From: the human T2T-CHM13v2.0 reference genome, Homo sapiens
Reading direction: 5' to 3'
Length of the DNA stretch: 64,000 nucleotides
Assembly (NCBI GenBank): GCA_009914755.4
Contig: CP068257.2
Location: 21,632,001-21,696,000, forward strand
Part shown: positions 30,201-43,100 of the stretch, piece after piece
How positions within the stretch are numbered: the stretch's first letter is position 1
Layout of the letters: every line of letters starts with the position of its first letter
The notes under the pieces: generated by a model
What the model saw: the letters and a program-made list of their open reading frames with translations, nothing else
Database searches by the model: none
Told to the model about the DNA's origin: nothing
Made by a program: the position numbers and the translations under genes

Positions 30201-33200
30201 GACTAACACAATTGAACACATTGTCATATGCTTATGAAAAACTTAGGTAGTCTTGTAAATTGACTCTTAGAGAAATTTCTCATTGTTAAGTTTTCTGTCT
30301 TTCTATGTGTTCTGGAAACAACTCCCTTTTTAGATATATGTATTGAAATTATCTTCTATCATTCTACTGGCTGTATTTTACTCTATTTATGATGTCTTTT
30401 TATGAACATATTCTTAATTTAAATGCAGTCTTATTTATCCATTTTCCCTCATAGTTAGCACTTTTTCAGTCTAATTTTAAAATATTTGCTTATGTCAACA
30501 GCATAAATATATTTGCCTGTATGTAATTCTAAACACGTTATTTGTTTTCTTTTCATATTTAGATCAAAATCTATCTGAAATTGATTTTATGCATGCAGTA
30601 AGCTAGAGGTTAACATGATTTAGTTTTCTATGTAAATATTCTGTTGATCCAACAGAATTTATTGAAATGTGTTTTTTTTTTCACCCATAGCATGTCAGTG
30701 TCAAACATGTTATAAACCTGGAAACAATTAATGTGTAAGCTATTTCTAGAGTCTCCCATTCGTTTATTCATCTATTATTGTACCAATAACACATTGTATT
30801 AGTTGATATAGCTTTATTATATGTCTCAACATCAGGTAGTTTAAATCTTGCAAGTTGTTCTTTACACAGATTGCTTTGGCTATTTGCTCTTTGAAACTTC
30901 ATATAAATTATATATCCACTTGTCAGTTTTGATTAAACTTTCTAGAATATGATTGGGATTGCAATGGATACATATATAACTCAGAGGTGATAAAATATAT
31001 AGTTAAGTTCTAAAGGTATTCTAAATAAGAGAGGGATTATGACAACTCATAACAGTTGCTTCTTTTATAAGTTTGCCTTTATATCATTGCATAGGGTTTT
31101 GCATAACTAACAAGAACAGAAAGAACATCATCAAATAAATAAGACCAACAAAGGATGAGAATAATGAATTCATGTCACTAGGAAAAATGGCCTGAGTATC
31201 TTAAATGGATGTTAAGAAAACTTTATTGAGTGGCTTTACTGATATATCAATAAAAGAGAGAATACTGAAGCAGGGCTGGTTTGAGTCGGGGGGGGGGATC
31301 AAATTTTTTTAAATACCAGCAGTAAAATGAATAATACAACAAATATGCTTAGTCAGGAGAAATGTGATATGTAATTACATATCTAAATTTTCATCTAAAT
31401 TTTGTCACACATTTTGCAGAAAAGATTTTGAATAAAAAATTTTATATTTGTATTTACTCTTCATTTGCATTGGTGTTAGATAATTTGTAATTTCCACTAA
31501 GAAGCCTGTGTGTGTGCCTAGTACACTAGACACATAAACTATCATAGATCTCTGCATTGCAATTATCTGTTAAGTAGTCTGTATATTTTATTATATTCTA
31601 ACTTTTCTTTGGGAAAAAAAGTTATACTCATTGTTTCATCCTTAGTGCTTGAAATATTGCTAGGCATATGATAATAGCAATAGCAAATAAGATCTAACAT
31701 TCATGGAGTGCTTACATTTTCAAATTACAATTTTGTTAATATGATGCCTTTAAAGACCACTAATGTGATCTTCAAGTAGAATGCCATTGACATGCTCTAA
31801 AGTTACACCATTTTAAAAAGTGAGGAAATGGAAATATCAAATATTGTTTCTTTTAATAAAAATTGGTAATACCATTAGTAACTTTTATAATCTATTACTG
31901 CTTTTCTTTTTTGCAAACTCATTCCATTTTTATATGGGATATATGTGATATAAGTAAGAAAGTTCTGATGGGAATATTAGTTAATTTGAGCATGTTCAGT
32001 CTGAATATTCTGTAAGTTTCATCAGTTTTTTCTTTATCAATGATATAAACAAAAATTCTCATTTTTAGTCATTTTTAATACACATACAAAATCTCCATTT
32101 CAGATTTGTTCCAATAATTTAGCACATTCTACCGCAATATGGGGCAAGTTTGGCAGAGAGTAGTTTAAGGGTGTAAAAGAAGGAGGTGAAAGGAATGAAA
32201 ATGTTTTGCATTAGAGGAGAGGGCATAGGGTAAAGAGCATCACACAAATAGAGGACCTGCAAGAACAAAGAAGCATGAGGGCATCAGTGATAGAAAGAGC
32301 AGAGAGAAGAGGAAAGTAAAGTGAAAATAAGAGAGAAATAATTCACTTACAAAATTGCTTAGGACTGAATCTTAGATTTCTGCCATACCTGAGATAAAAG
32401 AGGGGAGAGGCAACTCTTTTATCTCCATAAATAATCTCTACAACACCAAATATCTAATCCTGGGAGAGGAATTCATGCCTTTATTAATTTACAGTAATAT
32501 TTCATACATTTAACTTTGAAAGAAGCTATTTTGCAGTTCAATGTGATATTTAAGTAGAGGTAAACTTTTTATTACAGTGAATGATAACTGAACTTCAGAA
32601 AAAAATAATTTGTAATATCATTGCAACTTTTACATTTTGTGAAACATTTTAATAACCAAGCATTTTATGGTAAAAGTAATCTCATGAGCTATGAATGAAA
32701 ACATTCAAGTTGTAAAGTTACTTGGATTATGGAAATCTTATGAGAATATGTAGCTTGCATATGGCAGACCATGACTCAGAACTTGCATTTCCAACTGTGG
32801 AACTTACTTTCTACTTCATAAAATTAAAATCTGGTATTTTTTTTCTCCTATAAAAATATAAAAAGTTATTTTATCTTATTTTTAAAGAGTTGGCATGATA
32901 AATTTAAAAGCTTGAATAAAAACAAATCAATAATTTTTTTCAGTTCCATAAAATGCTGAGACAGGATTTTTTTTTTTAGTTATGTTGAGATAAAAATCAA
33001 ATAATAAAGAATTAAAAAAAGGTTGCAATAAAGAAAAAAAGAATGGAGAAGACACAAGAAATGCTGACTATACATCTTGGATAGATGCCATTAGCTCTTC
33101 TATTCTCTGTTGCTCTTAAATGCTGACTGTGTAAACTGAGGAATTTGATATAGGAGAAATTATTTTAAACAGTCTTCCATTTTAACACGTGGCAAACCTA

Positions 33201-35010
33201 TAGTATGTTTTCATTTTGAATATCTAATATAATTCTAATTATAATCATTAACCCTTATGAAATTAAAATAAATTATATTACCATTAAAATACATTCTTTC
33301 AAAAATAACTTCTTCATACTACGTATTTTAGTAGTGCTTACTAGTTCTTTAATAGGACCTCATGGTTTAAATTGTAAAAGGTCTCAAAATTTTAATACAG
33401 TCCCAAATTTTAAATGCATTTTGAAAACAAAAGGAAAAAACATAGCTCTAATATTGGAAAGTTATGGGCTGTAAAGTTATTTAAAATATTCAGAAAAACA
33501 AAGGTAAATTGTATATATTTATATTTACAAAAAATTTATGTTTTCTATGAATAACAAACACATATTGGTCATCAAACATAGGAGAAACCTGTACAAGGAA
33601 ATCAAATTGTATCTGACAGATAAAATCAAGTTTTGGAAACCATCCATGGATCATGTGAAATTCATTAATATGTCTCCATTTCAAATGATACTTCATCTAT
33701 GATACAGGCTTTATTGTCTGAAATAGTCTCATGGAGTCAACGTTATTACTAGTCTCTCAATGATCATATGAAAATTCTTTAATAATTCATTACTTTCTAT
33801 TTTTAAATCAGTTTATTTGGGATATCTGTAATAAGAATTTCTTCAGAAGTTGAATAAAATAAGTCTCTTTAACTCTTTACATTTGAAAAGTTCTGCAGAC
33901 AGGCAATATGTAATTAGTAATAAGCATATGTTCGAGGACAGAGTTTCACCCAGAAGAAAAAAGTAGCAGCAGACAACAACAACAAAAAATTCATATGCAA
34001 ATGTATTTGCGGAGAGACACTTCACATATGAAAAAACCTTTGGGCACAGTTAAACTCCAAATATGATAATGATGATAGCAAAGATGTTCTATTTTCCTTA
34101 CCATCTTTTCATTTGAATAAAATGTTCAAATTTCAGACTCATACATTTCTTCAGGCATGAGATAACTATTCTGTAAGAGGCGATGACCCCTTTATATTCT
34201 TCAGATAGTCATGTTTCTCATCAAGTAATGCTAAAAGAAGATTGCTTCTCTACTCTCTCAATTAAAATCAATAAACGTGCTTCCTGGAGGATCTTCCTTT
34301 CTAATTCTCTACCCTGCTAAAAACAGGCTATGAGAGTATATCTTTCATACATAGCATATCAAAAAAAAACTCAGAGATTTTTTTCATCTTTTGCTGCTTA
34401 CTGCTTTACCATCTTAAAAGTGTTAAAAATAACAAAAGAGAAAACTCAGAGCTTAGTCTTGGAAATAGAGGAATATTTGTGTTATTTCATATAGTTGTAA
34501 TTTAGTGAGATGCCATTTTTCTCTTATTTTTTTCCATTCATTCAAGACATATTTATGGAGAACCCTTTCACGAGGCAGGAATATATAATCACTGGGTAGT
34601 CAAAGCAACTTCAATTCTTTGAAGGTCTTGCTGCCTAGATGGTAAAATAATGAAAATAGTGTAGAATTTTTGATGCAATGGCAGCAGTAAGCCATTGTAG
34701 AGACTTGAGTTCTGATTTCCATATTATCCTTTAAATATAAATAAAACTTAAGGTACAACAAATGTCATTTTATATTAGATTTATTGATCAGAATTTGAGT
34801 GCCTTTTAAAAACTACGAGTTCTCCTCCATTTTCAACATGGAAACATCCATTAAGTTGTTGAGGTCTTTTTTAATACTTCTTTCCACTCATATTTTTGTT
34901 ACCATGACCTCTCAACTGGATTATTTAAATTACTTCATTTTTTCCTCTAATTCACTCCTTTTGTTTCTGCCTCCGATTATTTCAATCTCACAGCTAGATT
35001 TAACATTTTA

Positions 35011-35220
35011 GAGCAGTGCTTTCCGTTAAAATCTCTGTGATGATAAAAATCTTCTACATCTGCACTATACAATATGGTAACCACATATTGTTATGGAGCC
35101 CTGGACATGTAGCTAATGCAACTGAGGGCATAATTTCACTTATATTCGATTTTAATAAATGTAAAAGTAAATAGCTAATTTTGCTAGTAGCTAATGTATT
35201 GAATGGCACTACTGCAGAAC
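35011..35220. mobile_element. Palindromic non-autonomous DNA transposon fossil (~210 bp), family not named
   Basis: It matches the common human MITE carrying the motif 'ctgcactgtccaatatggtagccac...ttgaaatgtggctagtgcgactgagg...aattttaa'. The window has 'ctgcactatacaatatggtaaccac...catgtagctaatgcaactgaggg...cgattttaataaatg'. The termini are 'gcagtgc'/'gcactactgc'. Confidence 0.5.
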
Positions 35221-38054
35221 AAAAATCTAATTATTTCTATTCCTGCTCATAAGTCTTCTACTCCTCTCAGTGTGATGTCAAACTCTTCAACATGAATGAA
35301 AATCAATATCAATATTGATCTTTGCTTATTTGCTAATCTCATATATACTCCTTCTCCCTTCATTCCATGAAATCTATTGGGTAGTTAGACTTAATTAGTT
35401 TAGTATATTTGACCATACACTTTTCTATCACTTAATGATATACATGTCATTCTCTCTACGTATATGGTTCCACTTTTATCACAATAGAACGGTAGGGCCA
35501 GAAACTGGATACTGTAGAGTGGAAAAATTTCAATGATTTATGAAGATGAGAAGAAACTCACTGTATTAGTTTTCTGTGGATTACAAGCAAGTCACACATT
35601 TTGAATGTACTCAAGGAAAACTATGCTAAAGAGACTGCCAGTGAACCACTTTAGCTCATTCTAGTTCACATTCTGCTCTCCGGTCCCAATGTTTCACAAT
35701 CAAATGCAAAATATATTCACCTCATCCCCAAATTCCCAAAAGTCTTATTTTATTTCAGCATCAGTACAAGGTTAAAAATTCAATCGTCTACATCTGGTCC
35801 AGTTATATATAGATGATGCTCCTGGTTGTAATTTATTAAGTACAGCTCACGGGGTACAATTCCTCTCTATTGTGAACCTGTGAAGTAAAACAGCCAAATT
35901 GGCTACCAAAACACATCCAGCATACAATTGTGGAACAAGAATAGGATGCCAACTACAGACATTGCAGGTCAAAAGGTAAGAAATACAAGGTAAAGGAAGG
36001 GTCACTGGTCCATGACAGGTTTGAAATACAGCTGTGCTAACTCTACCTGTATTTCCTTGATTAGATTTCAGTTCTTAGGAAAAATATTGTTCATGGCTTT
36101 CAGCTATGTTCTTTACATTTTTAGTTCCAGTCATCAAATAGTCCTTCCTTTTTTATAAAATTTAGCACATGTTTATATCTTAGTTTTATCAGTCACATTC
36201 CTTCCAATCTGTAGAGTTTTTGGTGTCTGGAAATGTCCTTTAATTATGTATACTCTCTTTCCTTTTGGTCCAAGCTAGTGGTGTTTGTACTGAACTGAAT
36301 TTCTAAGGAAGTCTATGAGTCCTCCATAGACTTCCCTGGAATTTACTCCATTAGACAAAAAGTTATGGCCGCAGATCATTCTGAGATAATTTTTCTGTAC
36401 CTTGGCCTATTGCTGGGATAGCTGAGGGACACCACCCTTAAATTACCTACAGACTCTCTAATTTGATTAAGACGATCTGTAAGTCACACCCTTAATGTTT
36501 TGAAAGTCCCTTTGTGCAATTGACTACCCTGATCTTTCGATCTTTCTGAGGTTTTAGGAAAACAGTGTACAGGCATACGATCTTGCCCTCATTCTTTTCT
36601 CTAAAGTATGCTTTCCTGATAATGAGTGAATCTCTGAATTTTAATGTATTTTGCTATTTGGAGTAGCTAATAATTTCAAAATCATCCAATCCCGATCCCT
36701 TTTTTTAAAGCAAGTCTTTCTTCTATTTCTTACTTCTTGCACTTTGAGCAGAAAGAAGTAATCAAGCCCCAACTTCAATATTTTGTTTGAAAATCTCCTT
36801 AGCTGTATGACTAAATTAATTACTTACAAGTTCTACTTTCCTCATAAGTGCAGGTGAAAAATTTTGTAAATATTCTGCCACTACATGGCACAAATATTTC
36901 TTCCCCCAGTTTCAATAACATGTTGATTTCCTTCCAAGCTCTCAGCAGCAGCACTTTAGCATTCAAATCTCTGCTAACAGTCTGTTCATGGTGATTTAAA
37001 CTTTCTGTCTTGCTCTTCCAGATTGTTCTAGTCTTGACCCCCTGCCTGGTCCCAAAGCCACTCTCACATTTTAGACGTCTCTTCCAGCAGCACCCTACTC
37101 TCAGATACCAACATCTGCATTACTTTTTTATTGGTTAGGAGCAAGTTCCGGGTTTTACCCACCGGAATTATACAAGGGAATTATACAAAGGTTTGATTCA
37201 TCAGGGGTTACTTTAGGAAGTGTCTACCATAGCTATGTTCATGTTTATATCAATCCCAATGAAAGACATGTTAGTGGGAATATATTTGAGAAATAGATAG
37301 TATCAAAAAATTATACTGCACATTACCATTCTCACACATGTGTGAAGGACATAAACAATGAGAAGAAATTATGCTAATCTGTTCACTGGAGCACTTGATG
37401 CACAAAGTAAGGATCATATAAACTCTGACGTGCTTTGCAATGTTTGATGGTAAACAGCCAATTGCTTTTTAATTTATAAAAGGATTTTATACTAATATAA
37501 AAGTAATTTATCTTTATGGAGCTTATCAACCTTAGCAAATACTGATTTTTTTTTCTGTACAATGAAGTAAAAATAAAGGGAAGAAAATTACTTCTATGTA
37601 AATGTAGAATATGTTGTAAAATATTCTTTGAGGATAAGATATTTTGAGTTAAATTCAGTTATTTAAATATTCACAGAACATCTATTATGGGCCAATTACT
37701 GTGCTAAAGAAAACGTGTTGTTTGAGTTATAGCATTATCTTCTAGAATCTGATAGTCAAATCAAGGAAATGTGAAAAACTATAATATTACGAGTAAGAAA
37801 AATGTTACAAATTAGGCAAGCAAAAAATGTAGTGGGCATGGGACCAGAATTAGAAAGCAAAACACATTCTTTCTCTTCTGTAAAAAAAATTAAAAAAAAT
37901 GCTTTTTGTGGAAATAGAAACTGCCTGATATAATTAAGACCCACAGGAACTGCATGAGTACTTGAGCGAAGCAACTTCTCAGAGGTAATAAAGCTCCATT
38001 AAATCACTTACCCGAGACTTCTGAGAGGGCACTTAACAGGGAATGAGTCTATAA

Positions 38055-38082
38055 CATGTATGTATGTATGTATGTATGTATG

Positions 38083-38122
<40 letters not shown>

Positions 38123-38232
38123 ATCTATCTGTCTGTCTAGCTATCCATCCATTCATCAGCTGTCATCTTTCTAACGATCTATCATGTATCCATCTGTCAT
38201 CTATCTATCGATCGATCTGTTATCTATCTATG
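38055..38232. repeat. Compound tetranucleotide STR (ATGT)9(ATCT)11 followed by degenerate ATCT/GTCT/CCAT units
   Basis: It reads 'atgtatgtatgtatgtatgtatgtatgtatctatctatctatcta...tctgtctgtctagctatccatccattcatc...'. Confidence 0.95.
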
Positions 38233-41200
38233 ATATGGATTGTATAATTGCTAGGTAATTCATCCAAAAAAAATCTTCTAGAATAGACTATCTCTTCTTA
38301 AAATAAAATCAATATATGGAGAAACCATATTCTAGGTCTTATCAGCTGTACTTTTATTTGTTTGCTTATAATCCAATAGCATTTTGTTGAGCAGAAAGGC
38401 CATACAGAATCCACTCCAACTTATATTGTGGTGGAGAGGATCAGGAAGAAAGAAAATTGGAAAGGGGCCAAAATGTCAGAGAAAGGAAAATGGATGCTGA
38501 AAATAGAAGCTTGATTTCATTCAAGTCCCAAAACAAATTTTACATTGTAAACGTAAAAGCATACAATTTCTTGACATTAGTAAAATACCAGACTATTCAA
38601 TATGTTTTTCATGTATTGTTTTTTAAATATCACATTAACACTGTTTAATACATACTACTTTTATTATCCTCATTTTATAAAGAAAGAAATAGAGGCTTAC
38701 AGAGTTTAAATAATTTGTTAAAGGTTGTACATCAGGGAAAAGACGAAGTAGACCTTCAATTCACCCGATTTGGCTACTTAAAGCTCATTACAGAGTATAT
38801 CTTTTAGATGCAGACCAAGATTAATTGGATTCTTTGTTATACTATCTCTGGAAGAGGGTCTAGAATTTTAATCGGCATCAAGATATGATTGATTCTCTGT
38901 AGTAGATAACTTTGGCTTCAAATAAAAAGCCAGAAAACAGTAGAGCTTACCAGAACCATTATCATTAAAAATGAACTTCAGCATTTACCCAAGTGCCACC
39001 CTATACTTAGAATTTACCCAAGGCCCCCTTATACTTTAGTTCAGGGGAAAAAAGTTTATTGTATTGACTACCTAAAAAAGGATATAAAAGTATAAAAATA
39101 CATTTGTTTAAAACACATATTTGAAATGTATTATACTGATGTTCTAAGGGATTGTAAACTATTTTTGACACCAAAAATTTCAAATAAAATGCATACATAT
39201 ATTTTTTAGAAATAAATACAATATATATAAATCCTAAGTCTACAAGTATTATAAATACTTAAATTGAAACAAGCAATGAAATTTCTGTAAAAAACAAAAC
39301 CTGCTTTTAATTAGAACATTTTATTAGTGCAAAATTAATCAGAACTAAGAAAATTTTTGAGATTAAAACATATTTAATTCTATTTGACAAACATACCATT
39401 CAGGAATAATTATTTTTCTGCAGATATTCATTTATTTGTTCATTTGGGAATGATTTAGGACATACTTATATAAAAAGGTCTACCTGATCTAATCCACGTT
39501 AGTCAGTTATGTAATTAGTCTTCCATTGCAAAATAGATTTTGATGTACATACCAGGGTTTTGTCTATAATTTGTATTACATTCTTTAGCTCCAATTGAAA
39601 ATAGTAATGCATATCATAAAAAGATGTATAGGCTATAAATGCATTTTTATTGTTCTCACTCCAAAAATTTTCTACTACAAATCATCAAAATATTATTGTG
39701 TTCTACTTCCTTGTATATATATATTATTTTTTGGTAAACATTGACAATTCAAAGGAAAACTCCCTAACATAGTACTGTGTTATATATTTCAGAAATGATC
39801 ATTTCAATTTATGGGTTAAAAATGGTGCTCTGTATGAGTAGACAGACAATTTAGCCAGATATATTATATGTCTGTATTTGGCAACTACATGTAAATTGAA
39901 GGTTTACAATTATATGTTTTATTATTTGGTCCATAATAATATTCATATTTACACCAAGTTTTGGGTATTTTCTTCCCAGGACTTATCAATATTAATAATT
40001 CAATGCATATTTAGTTAATTGAAAGTAAATATAAACCACAGTGTTATTTTTTACTATTGTTTACAGAAATAACAAAATTTGAAAATATATAAAATGTGAA
40101 AGTTTTCTATATGAAATATATTTTGTCATAAATTACCAAATAAATACTAATACAACATTTAAGTTGAATTATTACTGGGCTAGTCCAATGTATAGCTTAC
40201 TTGTACTGACAATATGCAACACATGATGGGCAGTTCCAGCTTTGCGGTCACTTGTATCCCATTTTCAGATATTTCCCCTCTTCCAGGACACTGTAGCACT
40301 ACTGACACCATTTAACCAATATGTATAATTATCTGCTGCAGGTGACATGGCCTTGCTTCAGAACTAGGGTATTATATTATAGGATGGCTAAGTTTGCCAT
40401 AAACCTCATGCAACATCTTTTCCTACTACAGATAACTCTAATATTGTGGGATTTGCTGGGTCACATGGCCCAAGAGCCAAGCCATGTGCACCACACTGTT
40501 GACCTTCTGCTGAGCCCTTTCTTGATCTGGGTGTCAATGAAACTAACAGCCTGCCATCTGAGCAGTAGGTTGAGATGTGGAATATGCTATCTCCAGGACT
40601 TGAAAATTCCTACCAGGTGTTATGCTTTCTTAGTAAGTGGAGGTATGCAGTGCAAGTATTTTTTCTTTATTCTGCAATAAATAAACCAGCATGCTCTGGA
40701 TAACTAGATTCTTGAAACTATTGAAGTGCTGGGCAAGTGAATATTTATAAGTTTATCTCCAGATTTGGGAGGAACTTCCATCTTATAAAGGTCTCTCATG
40801 TGTTTGCCACATCTTCCTTTTATGAACCTATGATAATGTCAAAAATACAATGGACCAATATAATGTTCTGTAGAATGTCCAGATGGCTTCAGATCCCTTT
40901 GGTCTATATTAAGACAGAGGGCAGAGAAATTATCATAGCCTTTCTGCTAAACTGTTACCATTTTTGTTATCTTTTTGTTACACACCACATACACACCACA
41001 GTGTTTGGAGGCTATTAATCTGGACTAGAAGATGACACATTAGAACCTACAGCTGCAACATGGACTCGCAAGCTTAATTAATTGAAAATCTGATGGAAAC
41101 AAGCAATGTTGCATGTTTAAGTCAGTTGCACATTCCCCTGGGCTGTGATATTGCTTTCAGTTTACTCTCCTGGACAGGATAGGTAAAAGGCAATTCTATA

Positions 41201-41411
41201 GTCTTACGCTTGGCCATGTCTACTCCACAGACCTCAAAATTATGTGGTCTAATTATCAAGCTTGTCCATTGCAACTGTGCATTATATATATCTATGCTAT
41301 GCTATCCTATACCATATTATATTATATTATATTATACATTAAAGTATATCTATTATATATATGCTATATTATATAGTATATAGTATATTACACACACATA
41401 TATGTATCTAT

Positions 41412-41439
41412 ACACACACACACACACACACACACACAG
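41412..41439. repeat. (CA)14 microsatellite preceded by an AT-rich (TATTA)n-like tract from ~41280
   Basis: The run 'acacacacacacacacacacacacacacag' is visible. Confidence 0.95.
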
Positions 41440-41448
41440 AGCCCACAT

Positions 41449-41815
41449 TGTATATATATTGAGTATCACTTATCAAAAATGCTTGGGACCAGAAGTGTTT
41501 GTTACATTTTGGATTTTTTCAGATTTTGGAATATTTGCGTATACATAATAAGATGTCTTGGGAATGGGATTCAAGTCTAAACACAAAATCCAGTTATGTT
41601 TTACATACACATTATACACAAAGCCTAAGTGTAATTTTATGCAATAGTTTAAATATTTTGTGCATAAAACAAAGTTTTGACTGCAACGTGTCATATGAAC
41701 TCAGGTGTGGAATTTTCCATTTCTCGCACATCATGTTGGTGCTCAAAAAGTTTTGTATTTTGGAGCATTTTCAATTTGGGAGCATTTTGGATTTCAGATT
41801 TTCCATTAGAGGTGT
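41449..41815. mobile_element. Fossil non-autonomous DNA transposon (MER-type), family not named
   Basis: It is colinear with a common human repeat whose consensus I recall as 'atacaggttgagtatcccttatccgaaatgcttgggaccagaagtgtttcggattttggatttttt...gtctaaacacgaaatt...gtgtggaattttccacttg...ctcaaaaagttttggattttggagcatttcggattt'. The window has 'ttgagtatcacttatcaaaaatgcttgggaccagaagtgtttgttacattttggattttttcag...gtctaaacacaaaatcc...gtgtggaattttccatttc...ctcaaaaagttttgtattttggagcatttt'. Confidence 0.55.
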
Positions 41816-41984
41816 GTGCATGTATACACGTACATATACACGTGTGCGTGTGTGCATACATACACACACAAGTACATATATAAATGTATAATTGCAATGG
41901 ACAAGCTTGATAATATCCACATATCTGTATCCTATCTATAATATGTATGTGTGCATACACATTTGAAGTGGAAAATGTTCCCTT

Positions 41985-43100
41985 GTCCCCCTCGTAGGGC
42001 TTGCGATAGGGGTGTGGCTCGCTTCTTTAGTGCCCCGCTGCTGAGACCTCCAGGGTAGCACACAGATGGGCAGGCTGTGGGGCTCCCATCCCACGGCATT
42101 GTCTAGGGGTGAATGTTTGCAGCTCCTGAACGCCCAGTGGGCGTGTGTTACTGTGTGCTCTTTTAGTTTGCTGTCTATAGGTGGCTTGTGTTAACCAGCT
42201 CAATTAGACCCTCTACCTTGTCACAAGGACAGAGGGCTTTCTGTATCCTGAGCTCTTGCCCTGTTGTACGGGAAGAATCAGATCACTCGTGGGCTTGGAG
42301 AATGAGTGCAAGGTTTTATTGAGTGGAGGTAGCTCTCAGAAGATGAGGGAGCCAGAAGGGAGATGGTTTTCCCCTGGAGTCGCACAGCTTGGCGGCCTGG
42401 GCTCTCTCCTGACTGCCCTAGTTGTTCTGCCAGCGCCTTTTGGTACTTTCCTCTCCGAGTCCAGCTGCCCGTGTGTTCCTCCGCCGATGTGTTCCTCTTG
42501 CCATCCAGCTGCCTGTGTGTCTGCCTGCTAGAGCCTCAGGGTTTTTATAGGCACAGGATGGGGGTGTGGCAGGCCAGGGTGGTCTTTGGAAATGCAACAT
42601 TTGGCCAGGAAAACAAAAAAATGCCTGTCCTCACCTAGGTCCGTGGGGGTGGAGGCCTAGCCAGGGACCATGCCCTTCTCTACCCAGCACTTCCCTGCCC
42701 CCTTCCATATCATTTAAAGGAACCATGCCCTTCCCAGCACTTCCCTTCCACATCACAATTAGGGTTGGATTCATTTATAACCTGGCATCCATATGCCCCA
42801 ACTCTAAAAGATGCCGTGATAACACTCAGGTTCCTCAGTATCAGTGACTATTTACACTCTACGTCTAATAGTCACTGAAAGATTTGTGTTCTTCAATGGG
42901 TTAAATGGCTTAGGATCTTTGGAGAAGAAGGGACGGACTCATTACCAAACAGATTTGACATTCTGCTGCAGGTTCCTTTCTTAGGAAGACTTGGCCTTCA
43001 TCCAGTCGTGTGGTTCTGAATCTTAACACTGCGTAAACCTCAGCACCTGGACAAGGGGCTGTGACATTTTATTAGAATGACTTCCCCAGGCTCGTGATCG
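41985..43100 (-). mobile_element. GC-rich (~58% GC) CpG-depleted island, probably a solo ERV (class I-like) LTR fragment
   Basis: There is a sharp compositional contrast with the AT-rich flanks. On the minus strand there is an 'aataaaaccttgcactcattctcc' poly-A-signal/R-like segment. There is no ORF. CpG observed/expected is roughly 0.3, so it is not a CpG island. Confidence 0.35.

Noticed and set aside
41985-43100. GC-rich block as a possible CpG-island promoter or exon cluster
   Set aside because: About 17 CpGs in ~700 bp at 58% GC gives observed/expected of roughly 0.3, far below CpG-island criteria. The ORFs within (about 91-93 aa) are low-complexity Pro/Ser/Cys-rich translations of GC-rich DNA.
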